From: a bacterium
GTDB lineage: Bacteria; Hinthialibacterota; Hinthialibacteria; Hinthialibacterales; Hinthialibacteraceae
Direction of reading: 5' to 3'
Assembly (NCBI GenBank): GCA_041946805.1
Contig: JBHGBC010000048.1
Location: forward strand, 1-38,088
DNA: 38,088 nucleotides
Below, piece by piece: positions 29,106 to 38,088 of the stretch. A program made the translations under genes and the position numbers. Each line of letters opens with the position of its first letter. The stretch's first letter is position 1. The notes under the pieces are model-generated. The model saw nothing but the letters and a program-made list of their open reading frames with translations. It made no database searches and had not been told where the DNA came from.

Positions 29106-30363
29106 CTACATTCTCCGTGGTATTCCAAGCCGGCATGGATACCTCGTCCCCGCCCCGCTCCAGGTCCCGCTCCTGCTTGAACCAGAAGGCGAGGCTCCGA
29201 AACATCTGCGATTGCGCCCATCGGTGATAAGGAACATTGTTCCATCCGAACAACAACTTGCGGGTGCGGAACGAGCCGTCGGACTTGATCCACCGGGCGC
29301 TGAAATCGTCGAACACGATCCGCCGGACCTCATTGAGTTCCGGAATCCGTCGCCGCAGCAACAGCGACATGTTGAGAAACTCAGCGTAGTCGTACAGTTC
29401 CCGCTTGTGCAGCGTGATGCGCGGTTCCTTGGCGAAGGGGACGGGCAGCCGGTGTTCGTCGACCAGGTTCTCCAGGTAATAGGCCACGCCGCGGCGGATG
29501 CTTTCCTGAATCCGGGGGGAGGGCTTCAACGCGTCGATCTTCGTGAGGTTCTTGATGTTGAAGCAGGTGTGATAGTTGTCGATGAACCGGTCCTTGCCGT
29601 CCGTGGCGTAGTACCAGGAGCCGTCGGGATTCTGCACTTCCAAAATATAATTGATGTTTCGCTCTCCTTTTTTCCAATAGGCGTCGTTGTGGAAACGGAG
29701 GGAAGCCTCGGTCAGGATGTAGGCGCGGTAGGCGTTGGCGTTGAGGACCATGCGCTGGTCGAACGGCGAATACGAGGCGGCGCTGGCCGTTTCGCTGATA
29801 TCGGCGTCCGTGTAATCGTGGTACACGTGCTCGGCGATGGAATGCAGGATTTCGAGCCAACGCCCGGAACCGTCCACCTCATACATATCCCGGAATGCCT
29901 CGTAGACATAAGGGACCGTGGTGATCAGGGGCGTGCCCGCGTGAAACGTGCCGAAGCAGGTTTCCCATTCGAAGGGATATCCCCAGCAATAATGCTTGTA
30001 CCCCGGGCAACGCGACTGAATCAAATCTTCAAGAAACCTCCGGGCGCGGTCATAATAAGCCGCTTGGCCGGTGGCGCGGTGCAGCAACAAAAATCCCATG
30101 GCGTAATGGGCATCGGCGATGGCGAAACGGCGCGGGGGAGTGAACCACTTCCGCGTACCGGGCGCGAACGATTCCAGGAAGAAAAACGGGGCCACCAGAA
30201 AACTGCCCAGCTTGGCGTTTTTGTAGTACACCGCCTTGGCTTTCTGGCCCGGCGGGAACGACCAGAAATCATATTGGTCCTGAGAAACCCAACCGTATCC
30301 ATCCAGCCATTGGATAAAGTGTTTCAATATACTTTCCAGTTTTGGGGCCAGGGAGGCCGTCAT
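29092..30363 (-). CDS. Conserved hypothetical protein, probable (alpha/alpha) toroid fold
   Basis: 423 aa, aromatic-rich and helical, with CWGYPFEW, QNPDGSWYY (QW-like motif), IDNYHTCF and RWAQ. Overlaps the asnB start by 14 bp. Confidence 0.7.
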   Translation of the reverse strand: MTASLAPKLESILKHFIQWLDGYGWVSQDQYDFWSFPPGQKAKAVYYKNAKLGSFLVAPFFFLESFAPGTRKWFTPPRRFAIADAHYAMGFLLLHRATGQAAYYDRARRFLEDLIQSRCPGYKHYCWGYPFEWETCFGTFHAGTPLITTVPYVYEAFRDMYEVDGSGRWLEILHSIAEHVYHDYTDADISETASAASYSPFDQRMVLNANAYRAYILTEASLRFHNDAYWKKGERNINYILEVQNPDGSWYYATDGKDRFIDNYHTCFNIKNLTKIDALKPSPRIQESIRRGVAYYLENLVDEHRLPVPFAKEPRITLHKRELYDYAEFLNMSLLLRRRIPELNEVRRIVFDDFSARWIKSDGSFRTRKLLFGWNNVPYHRWAQSQMFRSLAFWFKQERDLERGGDEVSMPAWNTTENVDVRY

Positions 30364-30400
30364 CGTTCTGCATCCTTTCCCGTATTGATTCTATTTGGCC

Positions 30401-31570
30401 TTACCGCGTGGAGGTATCCATTAAACTGTGGTAAACCGATTCGAGGCGCGCCGCGGCGCTTGACGATAAAAAATGCGTCCGCGCGTGGTCCCAGTTGTTT
30501 CGGGAAATCGAGCGGTACAAGTCCTTCTCCCGGTACAGCCGTTCAAGAAATCCGGCGAATTCGGCGGGGTCCAGGCTGGGAGTCATGAATCCATGCACTT
30601 CATTCCGGATCAAATCCGCCAGTCCGCCCACCGGCCGGGTTACGATGGGCAGTCCAAAAGCCATCGCTTCCACCACGGAAACCGGCATGCCCTCCGTGTA
30701 ACTCGGTAAAATATAAACATGCACGCCGGCCAGCAGTTCGCGTTTTTCATCCCCCTTGATATACCCGGGAAACGAAACCCGCGGAATCTGTTCCGACACG
30801 ACGAACGACTTCACCGCCTCCAGTTCGGGACCATCGCCCGCCACGATCAGTTCCATGGCGGGATAGGTCTTCTGGAGCCGCGCGAAGGCCTGGACCGTCT
30901 CATAAATCCCCTTCCCCCGGATAATCCGCGAGAGAAACAGGATGCGCCAAGCCGGCGACCGCTCCCGCCCGGCCAGGAGTGTTGGCCACTCGAAACCCTC
31001 CAGATAAGCGTCATCGACCACGGTGGTTTCCCGGTATATGGGCTGGGTGATTTGCCAGCGGCGCAAGGTGTTCATGACTTCACTGGACAAAACAATAAAG
31101 GCGTCGGCCCGCCCGAACATCCACTGGAACGTCCAAAGATAATGGGTTTCCATTTTCTCCTGAAACGGTTTTTGCCAGCCATGGAAAAAAACCACCGCCT
31201 TAACGCCCTGGATTTTGGCCAACCGCACCAGCAATCCGTCCCGGATGTACGATTTCATATCAAACGATGGATTGATGTGAACGACCTGGATGTTGTGCTT
31301 CCGGATGCATTGGACAAAATGAAAATAATCCAAAACAAACCGGAATAGAATTTTCACCGCGCCCTTTTCGGACGGACGCCGGCCCACGAAAAAAGAACGA
31401 ACCGGCACGGTGAATTTCCCTCGTAAATGATTGAAAAAATTGGATACCCCCCCCGGATCCATATAATCAGGATGTGTGATCATTACATTCAATCGCTGAT
31501 ATTCCTTTCTTTCCGGCCCGTCTTCCCCCCACTTGCGCCTATCCCAATATTCGGCGCCCCAGAGGGGCAT
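30401..31570 (-). CDS. Glycosyltransferase family 4 (GT-B)
   Basis: FLSRIIRGKG, VAGDGPE and LPSYTEGMPVSVVEAMAFGLPIVTRPVGG (EX7E motif). Start uncertain. Confidence 0.9.
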   Translation of the reverse strand: MPLWGAEYWDRRKWGEDGPERKEYQRLNVMITHPDYMDPGGVSNFFNHLRGKFTVPVRSFFVGRRPSEKGAVKILFRFVLDYFHFVQCIRKHNIQVVHINPSFDMKSYIRDGLLVRLAKIQGVKAVVFFHGWQKPFQEKMETHYLWTFQWMFGRADAFIVLSSEVMNTLRRWQITQPIYRETTVVDDAYLEGFEWPTLLAGRERSPAWRILFLSRIIRGKGIYETVQAFARLQKTYPAMELIVAGDGPELEAVKSFVVSEQIPRVSFPGYIKGDEKRELLAGVHVYILPSYTEGMPVSVVEAMAFGLPIVTRPVGGLADLIRNEVHGFMTPSLDPAEFAGFLERLYREKDLYRSISRNNWDHARTHFLSSSAAARLESVYHSLMDTSTR

Positions 31571-32307
31571 GGGTTCGTTTTTCTTTAATCCCGCTGAACA
31601 CGTTGGAAGGAATCATTCATCGCCAAGCCGCTCTCCTCTCGCTTTCCCGCGGCCCGGTTCATGATCAAAACTACTGCATTCCCTCCTCTGAAATATATTT
31701 TACCTATTTTATCAACTTTCACTACCCGTACATCCGCCATCCCTTCAACCAACCGGACACCCCGGCACAGGATGCCTGGACCGGATCCAAAGAGATTCCC
31801 TTTATCTTGCACTAAAAAATGATGAATGCCCGAATTCGATCTCGATCGAAATGAGAATGAATCAGTACTTCCCCCCACGCGGCGAACGGAAATCCGCCTC
31901 CCCACGCCTTCTTTAATCATATCGTCCATGGATTGGAAATACAAACAATTAGATAAAAAAATAATAGCGGCCATCTATGTTCTTATTTGTTACTATTTGG
32001 GTGAAAATTATTATAAACCTTATAAGATTAGTCTTCGCTTCCTTTAGAAATTCACCAGCCACCGGTGGTTTTTACCATGGTTCGAATCGAAAAATCCAAA
32101 ACGGATCATTCACCCAATCCGCCATGACCGAGTTCACCCCTCCTCCCTTCGCATAAATGCGGCCATAATGGAGGAGAAAAAGCAGCAAGCCCCACGTTGT
32201 GTAAAATCTTTTAACATGAAACCGGCCAAATCGAGGCGAGTATTTCATTTGTTTTGGGACATGCTGTACAATATTACCAACGCTGTTTCAATTGACGCGA
32301 ATTTTAT

Positions 32308-33918
32308 ATGAATTGCATGAACAGCATTCTCGCGTTTCTTGCCACCAATCCGGTCATCGCCCTGTTCCTGATTGTCGGCCTTGGAGTCGCCCTGGGCCAC
32401 CTGACCATCCGGGGATTTTCCCTGGGACCCTCGGCGGTCATGTTCGTGGGCATGCTGTTCGGCCATTGGGGGATCCATATCCCGGACGAAATCAACACGT
32501 TGGGGATCATTCTATTTGTCTATTCGGTGGGCTTGTCGGCGGGCCCGCGTTTCTTCTCCTCCATCCGAAGAAACGGACTAACCTATTTTCTGATCTCCTT
32601 TTTGTCCTTATCATCCGGCCTGGTGGTGATTTGGCTGCTGGCGCGGCTGTTCCACCTCTCTCCCGGATTGGGCGTGGGGATTTATTCCGGCGCGCTGACG
32701 TCCACTCCCGGATTGGCGGCGGCCTTGGATGTGGTGGACGACCCCGCCATCTCCATCGGCTACGGCATAGCCTATCCCGCCGGGCTGATCGGAGTCATCC
32801 TGTTCGTCCAATTCATCGCCAATTTGAAATCGACGCGGGAGGAACAAATCCACGAGAAGGAAGATCCCACCCGCCACGCCGGTAAGGTACTGGAGAAGCA
32901 TTATCTGGTGACCAATCCGAACTGTACGGGAAAGCCGATCGCGGAAATCGATTTCCACAGCATGACGCAAGCCAACATCACCCGCGTGAAACGGGGCGAA
33001 AATATCTTCTTGGCGCACGACGACACGGTGTTGCATTTGAATGACATCATCCGGGTGGTGGGCACGCAACGGGAATTGAAAAAACTGGAACATCTGATCG
33101 GCAAGGAAACCCAAGCCGAGATGGATTTCGCAAAGGACATCGTGATCCGGGACGTGTATATTTCCAACTACCAGATCGCGGGCAAGTCCATTCAGGAGCT
33201 GGAAGTGCACTCGCTCTTCGGCGTCATCATCACCCGCCTGCGCCGGGATGAAGTGGAAATCGCCCCCACCGGCCAAAGCATCCTGGAAATCGGGGACCTG
33301 ATCCGCATCGTGGGAGACAAGGACGATTGTGACGCGTTTGTCCGCATCGCCGGCCAGCAGGAACGGCGGATCCATGAAACCAACCTGTTGCCCCTGACTC
33401 TGGGCATGGTGGCGGGCGCGGTGCTGGGATCGTATTATTTCCAATTGCCGGGCGGCATCCGGTTCCGTCTGGGCATGGCGGGCGGCCCCCTGCTGGTCGC
33501 CCTGGTCATCAGTCATTTCGGGCGGATCGGACGAATCAGCACCCGGATTCCCTACGCGGCCAAGTATCTGACACGCGAAATCGGCCTGGTTTTCTTCCTG
33601 GCGGCGGCCGGCGCCGACGCCGGGAGTTCGTTTTGGGAAGTCTTCCGGGCGGCGGGATTGAAACTGATTGGATTCGGCGCGCTGACCACCCTGGTGCCCG
33701 TTCTGACCGCGTACGCGCTGGCGGTTTACGTTTTCCGAATGGGGAACCTGGCCGCGATCGGTGTGGTGTGTGGCGGCATGACCAGCACACCCGCCCTGGG
33801 CGCCGTCACCAGCCGGCTCGATTCCGAAACGCCGACCATCGCCTATGCTTCCATTTACGCCATCTCCATGGTCCTGGTGACCACTTTGAACCAATTGTTG
33901 GCGATCTGGCTGATGTGA
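32308..33918 (+). CDS. AspT/YidE/YbjL family transporter with two TrkA-C (RCK_C) domains
   Basis: Duplicated membrane domains (LFVYSVGLSAGPRFF..GALTSTPGL and GGPLLVAL..GGMTSTPALG) separated by two soluble TrkA-C repeats (ITRVKRG, ITRLRRD). Confidence 0.92.
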   Translation: MNCMNSILAFLATNPVIALFLIVGLGVALGHLTIRGFSLGPSAVMFVGMLFGHWGIHIPDEINTLGIILFVYSVGLSAGPRFFSSIRRNGLTYFLISFLSLSSGLVVIWLLARLFHLSPGLGVGIYSGALTSTPGLAAALDVVDDPAISIGYGIAYPAGLIGVILFVQFIANLKSTREEQIHEKEDPTRHAGKVLEKHYLVTNPNCTGKPIAEIDFHSMTQANITRVKRGENIFLAHDDTVLHLNDIIRVVGTQRELKKLEHLIGKETQAEMDFAKDIVIRDVYISNYQIAGKSIQELEVHSLFGVIITRLRRDEVEIAPTGQSILEIGDLIRIVGDKDDCDAFVRIAGQQERRIHETNLLPLTLGMVAGAVLGSYYFQLPGGIRFRLGMAGGPLLVALVISHFGRIGRISTRIPYAAKYLTREIGLVFFLAAAGADAGSSFWEVFRAAGLKLIGFGALTTLVPVLTAYALAVYVFRMGNLAAIGVVCGGMTSTPALGAVTSRLDSETPTIAYASIYAISMVLVTTLNQLLAIWLM

Positions 33919-33944
33919 TCCGGTAATTCACCTGGCCGGTGGAT

Positions 33945-34973
33945 TCACGGCCGCCGATGACTTTGCAGATAGTGCTGCTGGAGCAGATCCAGGCCGAAGT
34001 CGTTCTCGAAATCCCGCCAGACGGTATGGATGTGGTTGGCATGGTTCTGCGTGTTGTCGTATTCCATCACAAACGTGGGGCCTTGAATCCGGTAATAATG
34101 GCCCTGCCCCGGCTCCAGTCCGCCCGCCCACGCGAAATACAACGAAGCAAGATCGGTTTCCCGCATCTTCTTCATGATTTCTTCCGCTGTGTCTTCCCGC
34201 ACCCGGTGGACATACGTTCCCAACAAATGGAAGAAAATTCCGGCCTGGATTTCATCCATCCGCGAGACCGGCAACCCCTTGGGTTCGAGCGGTCCCACTT
34301 TCCGTTCCGCCCGGGTGAGGATTTCCGCCGGGGCGTCTTCGGAGAGGATCGCGGTGGACCGCTGTTCCGGAGTCAGCGACCGGGCCAGCTCCCGCCCCAA
34401 GGTTTCTTCCGTGTCCAGCACCCGCAGACACCGCATGGGGCCGTCCTTGACCTCCGCGGGATTGGATCCCATGAATAAAGGCGTCGTGGAGATCAATTGT
34501 CCATTCGCCAGCGTGAAATTGAGCGAGAGATGATGGCCTTCGACCCGCCATCCCCAAGGCGTGTGGGGCCCCGGCTCGCCGAATAAAGTGAAATGATACA
34601 GGTCGGGATGGCGGCCGGGATCCTGATTTTGTTGATCCTGCAGGATCTGGTCGAGGAACATGATGTTCAATGCCTTCTGGTATCCCTCGCGGCTCAATCC
34701 GGTGGACAAGAAGGCATAGGCCATTTTCGACTGTGCCGGAGTCATATCCTCGAAGGCAATCCCTTGCCGGTCCTTGGGGAAATAGTGCCAGTTGTGCCGC
34801 TCATCATGGTTCATGTCAAACGTCATGGATTGTCGCGCCGCGGGAGAGAAGGTATTCATGAAGTACTGAGCCGCGCGCAGCATGTCGCCTTCCGCAGAGA
34901 GCGAATTCCCGGATAAATCATGAGTTACAGTTGAAAAAAACAATGCCCAGGCCACAGCAAACAGGGATGGCAT
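33945..34973 (-). CDS. DUF3500 domain protein, probably exported
   Basis: WHYFP, WGWRVEGHHLSLNF, TPLFMGSNP, YFAWAG and YYRIQGP..EYDNTQNHANHIHTVWRDFENDFG motifs. Hydrophobic N-terminus. Confidence 0.88.
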   Translation of the reverse strand: MPSLFAVAWALFFSTVTHDLSGNSLSAEGDMLRAAQYFMNTFSPAARQSMTFDMNHDERHNWHYFPKDRQGIAFEDMTPAQSKMAYAFLSTGLSREGYQKALNIMFLDQILQDQQNQDPGRHPDLYHFTLFGEPGPHTPWGWRVEGHHLSLNFTLANGQLISTTPLFMGSNPAEVKDGPMRCLRVLDTEETLGRELARSLTPEQRSTAILSEDAPAEILTRAERKVGPLEPKGLPVSRMDEIQAGIFFHLLGTYVHRVREDTAEEIMKKMRETDLASLYFAWAGGLEPGQGHYYRIQGPTFVMEYDNTQNHANHIHTVWRDFENDFGLDLLQQHYLQSHRRP

Positions 34974-35151
34974 CGATCCTTCACCTCATCCAGAAAATAT
35001 AATTGACTTATTTTATAAATTAAATCATATATCAGAAGATTTGTCCATGCAATGGAGGCCGGCTGCAAGAGGGAGATCAACGGGAGCCGGTGGGATACCT
35101 GGCGGGGCCGGTGGAACACAAATCAACCGATTTGATTGATTGGACCAAAAT

Positions 35152-35180
35152 AAAAAAAGGGGACTGAAACCAGTCCCCTT
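35152..35180 (-). terminator. Rho-independent terminator after the outer-membrane protein gene
   Basis: 10-bp stem AAGGGGACTG-aaac-CAGTCCCCTT with an A-run at 35152-35158 (U-tract on the minus strand), 25 nt past the stop. Confidence 0.88.
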
Positions 35181-35205
35181 CTCAAACACAGCTGAATGGA
35201 ATTCG

Positions 35206-36324
35206 TCAAAATTCAATTCCAAATCCGACATAATGAGCCATATCGCTGCTGGCCGTGTCGGTGAATACAAAGGCGTAATCAATCTTGAACCGGTCGTACT
35301 TATAACCCAGGCCGGCGGAATAACCGCTGATGGAGGGTTCTTCGTTGATGTTTGTGGAGGGTGAATCGAATTCGATATCCTCGAATTTGTATCCAGCCCG
35401 CAGGAAGAGATTTTCGTACACCTCATATTCCGCGCCGAGGTGCAGACCGAAATAATCTTCCGCGTTATCGTTGAAGCCGCCGTCGAGTTCCCGTTTTTCG
35501 TAATTCAAATCGAGAGCTACGAGGAGGGGGACATCCTCCAAGAAGCGCCACGCGACACCGCCCCGGATGGCCCAGGAATCCGCGTCCGCGTCTCCCATTT
35601 GATCCGAGTCCCGGTTACCGAGTCCATAGTAGCCGTCCAGGCCGAACGCCAGATTGCGGTTCATTTTGTATTGCACGCCTACCTGGTTGCGGTGCCCTTG
35701 GAACTCTTCATTCACCGTGGCGAAGATGCCAGGATTCGGACGGGTAATGTTGAATTGCGTGTCGAGTTCCCAGTCGATGTAGCTGTACCGGTAACCCACC
35801 GCCCATTGCTCATCGATCCGGTATCCGGCGCCGAGACTGACGTGATGGCGTTCCATGTCCGCTTCTTGATTCATGAAGCCCAGCATGGAAAACGCATCTC
35901 CCTCTGTGCCCATATCATCTTCCCGGTAGGAATACAAGAGTCCCACCGCCCCCCATTCGAAGGGGTAGGCTCCACCGATGCCCGCGTCCCATAGTTCAGA
36001 CTCGGCTTCCAACGGGAAGTTGCGATCCAGAAGGGTAACGTCACTGGCTACTTCCAGGAAATCGAATCCCAGTGAAACGTAGGGTTTCTCCAGGAAGCCG
36101 AACGCGGCCGGGTTGCCCAAGAGGGCCTCTTCGCCGCCCTGCAGCGCCGAATAGGCTCCTCCCATGGCCGCCGAGCGGGGCGACAGCTGCAGCTCATGGA
36201 AACGATACCGGTTGTAATGCGCGTAGTAATCGTTATTTTGGGCCTCGGCCATGGCGGGTACGAGGTACAGGCACGTGAGAACGCCAAGAGCCAAAAGGAG
36301 CGGACGTTGTCGATTCATATTCAT
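35206..36324 (-). CDS. Outer-membrane beta-barrel, PorV/FadL(OmpP1)-like
   Basis: Signal peptide ending AMA/AEA, N-terminal plug motif SPRSAAMGGAYSAL..GNPA, amphipathic beta-strands (LGAEYE, FLRAGY, GLGYKY, IDYAF) and C-terminal Phe (GFGIEF). Confidence 0.85.
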   Translation of the reverse strand: MNMNRQRPLLLALGVLTCLYLVPAMAEAQNNDYYAHYNRYRFHELQLSPRSAAMGGAYSALQGGEEALLGNPAAFGFLEKPYVSLGFDFLEVASDVTLLDRNFPLEAESELWDAGIGGAYPFEWGAVGLLYSYREDDMGTEGDAFSMLGFMNQEADMERHHVSLGAGYRIDEQWAVGYRYSYIDWELDTQFNITRPNPGIFATVNEEFQGHRNQVGVQYKMNRNLAFGLDGYYGLGNRDSDQMGDADADSWAIRGGVAWRFLEDVPLLVALDLNYEKRELDGGFNDNAEDYFGLHLGAEYEVYENLFLRAGYKFEDIEFDSPSTNINEEPSISGYSAGLGYKYDRFKIDYAFVFTDTASSDMAHYVGFGIEF

Positions 36325-36417
36325 GAACCCCCAAGAAGGTCAAGGTTTTATTGTGTGACACATGGATGAGAAGAATCCAACCATTCACTACCTGGTAATT
36401 ACCTGAATTGAATGCTC

Positions 36418-38088
36418 CTACGGTTGCAGCTCGATGTCATAGAAACCATAGAAGCCGATCAGGTTCTGGAACGATTCCGGCTTGTTGCTGACCTTAATCT
36501 TGCCGTTGGTGAAGATTTCGCCCAGTTCATTCATGACGAAGTATTCGTTATCGGCCTGCACGAAGTCCACTGCCGTGGGCTCGTTCACGGTCTTGATGAT
36601 GGCGTTGGTCACGGTATTGAATTCCGTGCCATTCCATTCCACGACGAAACCGTCACGCAGCAGAACCGTATAGCCCTTGGCCGTGAGATTCATGGCCACC
36701 GCGCCGATGCCCAGTTCTTCGGAGAACGAAGGCAGTTCGGGCACGTTACCGATACTCGTCACCTTGCCGTTCGCGGCCAGGATGTAGTAGCCGAGGTTGA
36801 CCGCCGGATTGGCCGGATCGGTCACCACTTCGAGGTCCACCGCCAGTGGCAGCTTCTGCTTGAAGCGGTACGTACCCAGAATCACTTCTTCCTCGTACGC
36901 CGCGCTGCCGAAGAAGGCGGCCGTGCCGTAGGCGTGGACATTGCCGAAGCGGTCCAGAACCAGGTAGCCTTCTCCATTCGGCCCCACCGGTTCCATATCG
37001 ATGATGTTGCCCAGGTTGTCAAGCGGATCCCCACCGTTGTTGCCTTTCACGAAGGAAGCCGGGAAGATGCCGCCGTTGACGGTCGTCAGCACGACCTGGT
37101 TGTTGACCAGTTCCAGATCGATCGGCCGTCCCACAATCGCGTAGTCCAGAACCACTTCCTTACCGCTTTCGGTTCCGCGTTGCAACACGGTTCCATCCTG
37201 TGAAAGTTCAATCAGGCCCTGATCCGTTCCTACCACGGTAGGCACCGCCGTAGCGGTCGGCGTGGGCGTCGGGACTTCCGTCGCCGTGGCCGTCGGGGTC
37301 GGAGTCGGAACTTCCGTCGCCGTGGCTGTCGGAGTAGGCGTCGGGACCTCGGTCGGCGTCGGAGTCGGAACCTCAGTCGGAGTCGGAACCTCGGTTGGCG
37401 TCGGAGTTTCCACCACAGTTTCCGTCGGAGTTACCACAACGGTTTCCGTCGGGGTCGGTGTCGGCACTTCGGTTGCCGTGGCCGTCGGGGTTGGAATTTC
37501 CGTCGGGGTTTCGGTCGGGGTCGCTACCGGCGTTTCCGTCGGCGTGGCCACCGCGGTCTCCGTGGCCGTCGGCGTCGGCACTTCGGTCGCCGTGGCTGTC
37601 GGCGTGGGAATCTCCGTCGGGGTCTCGGTCGGCGTCGCGACCGGGGTTTCCGTTGGGGTTGCCACCGCGGTCTCGGTCGGCGTCGGAACCGGCGTAAAGG
37701 TAGCCGTGGGGGTGGCTGTCGGCGTTTCCGTCGGTGTGGCTACCGGCGTCTCGGTCGGGGTTGCGACCGGCGTCTCCGTCGGCGTCGCCACCGCGGTCTC
37801 GGTCGGTGTCGGGACCGGAGTGAATGTCGAAGTCGGGGTGGCCGTCGGCGTTTCCGTCGGCGTGGCTACCGCCGTCTCCGTCGGGGTCGCCACCGGCGTC
37901 TCGGTCGGAGTGGCCACCGGCGTCTCGGTCGGAGTGGCTACCGGCGTCTCCGTCGGAGTCGCCACCGGTGTCTCGGTCGGAGTCGCCACCACGCTTTCCG
38001 TGGGCGTCGGGACCGGAGTGAATGTCGAAGTCGGGGTCGCCGTCGGCGTTTCCGTCGGCGTCGCTACCGCCGTCTCGGTGGGCGTGGC
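36418..38088 (-). CDS. Partial (5'-truncated by window) surface protein: long Pro/Thr/Glu stalk plus C-terminal beta-propeller-like domain
   Basis: The frame stays open to base 38088 ([16 protein letters not shown]...), so the 37992 start in the track is not real. The C-terminal ~270 aa has repeated [A/P/I][V/I]D[L/M/F]E..GY.VL...G.V...G units. Confidence 0.88.
   Translation of the reverse strand, partial: ATPTETAVATPTETPTATPTSTFTPVPTPTESVVATPTETPVATPTETPVATPTETPVATPTETPVATPTETAVATPTETPTATPTSTFTPVPTPTETAVATPTETPVATPTETPVATPTETPTATPTATFTPVPTPTETAVATPTETPVATPTETPTEIPTPTATATEVPTPTATETAVATPTETPVATPTETPTEIPTPTATATEVPTPTPTETVVVTPTETVVETPTPTEVPTPTEVPTPTPTEVPTPTPTATATEVPTPTPTATATEVPTPTPTATAVPTVVGTDQGLIELSQDGTVLQRGTESGKEVVLDYAIVGRPIDLELVNNQVVLTTVNGGIFPASFVKGNNGGDPLDNLGNIIDMEPVGPNGEGYLVLDRFGNVHAYGTAAFFGSAAYEEEVILGTYRFKQKLPLAVDLEVVTDPANPAVNLGYYILAANGKVTSIGNVPELPSFSEELGIGAVAMNLTAKGYTVLLRDGFVVEWNGTEFNTVTNAIIKTVNEPTAVDFVQADNEYFVMNELGEIFTNGKIKVSNKPESFQNLIGFYGFYDIELQP
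37238..38088 (-). repeat. Coding tandem repeats ([12 protein letters not shown] 24-bp units and PT variants)
   Basis: More than 280 codons almost entirely P/T/E/A/V. An exact 32-bp duplication GTCGGGACCGGAGTGAATGTCGAAGTCGGGGT sits at 37808-37839 and 38006-38037. Confidence 0.95.

Noticed and set aside
25892..30588. 479, 610 and 458 aa plus-strand ORFs opposite the glycan operon
   Set aside because: They overlap genes with unambiguous family motifs on the minus strand and show no independent coding signal.
31585..32300. Short ORFs (70-129 aa) and possible ops/JUMPstart element upstream of the glycan operon
   Set aside because: AT-rich divergent promoter region. The ORFs lack the genome's codon bias, and I found no GGCGGTAG ops motif or convincing paired -35/-10.
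32611..33894. 427 aa minus-strand ORF opposite the AspT/YidE transporter
   Set aside because: Antisense shadow of a well-supported gene.
37238..38088. Possible CRISPR array or non-coding tandem repeat
   Set aside because: Units are in-frame codon repeats varying mainly at third positions, with no unique spacers and no cas genes.

Overview
GC-rich chromosomal window from a diderm bacterium (it carries an outer-membrane beta-barrel gene and a lipoprotein). I recognised no rRNA, tRNA, CRISPR array, transposase or prophage gene. Left to right: a cluster of REP-like palindromes; thiC with its own sigma70-like promoter, TPP riboswitch and candidate attenuator hairpin; two GT-C-like polytopic membrane proteins flanking a DUF4416 gene; a secreted C25 (gingipain/PorU-like) cysteine peptidase with CARDB domains; a small orphan ORF; rlpA; and a ~1 kb AT-rich spacer with a near-consensus promoter. 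Then comes a 12.4 kb block of three very large, signal-peptide-bearing proteins closed by a strong terminator: a 1593 aa beta/alpha/beta protein I cannot assign, a ~1010 aa Fn3-repeat protein, and a 1442 aa FG-GAP/Ca-binding protein with a duplicated C-terminal domain. After it lie a six-gene surface-glycan cluster (GT4, alpha/alpha-toroid-like ORF, AsnB-type amidotransferase, nucleotide-sugar dehydrogenase, GT4, acyltransferase), an AspT/YidE transporter, DUF3500, a PorV/FadL-like barrel, and the 3' part of a Pro/Thr-stalk protein ending in a probable 6-bladed propeller. The best candidate for an undescribed system is the three-gene secreted block at 11636-24069. All family calls come from motif recognition by eye, no searches were run, and novelty is unverified.
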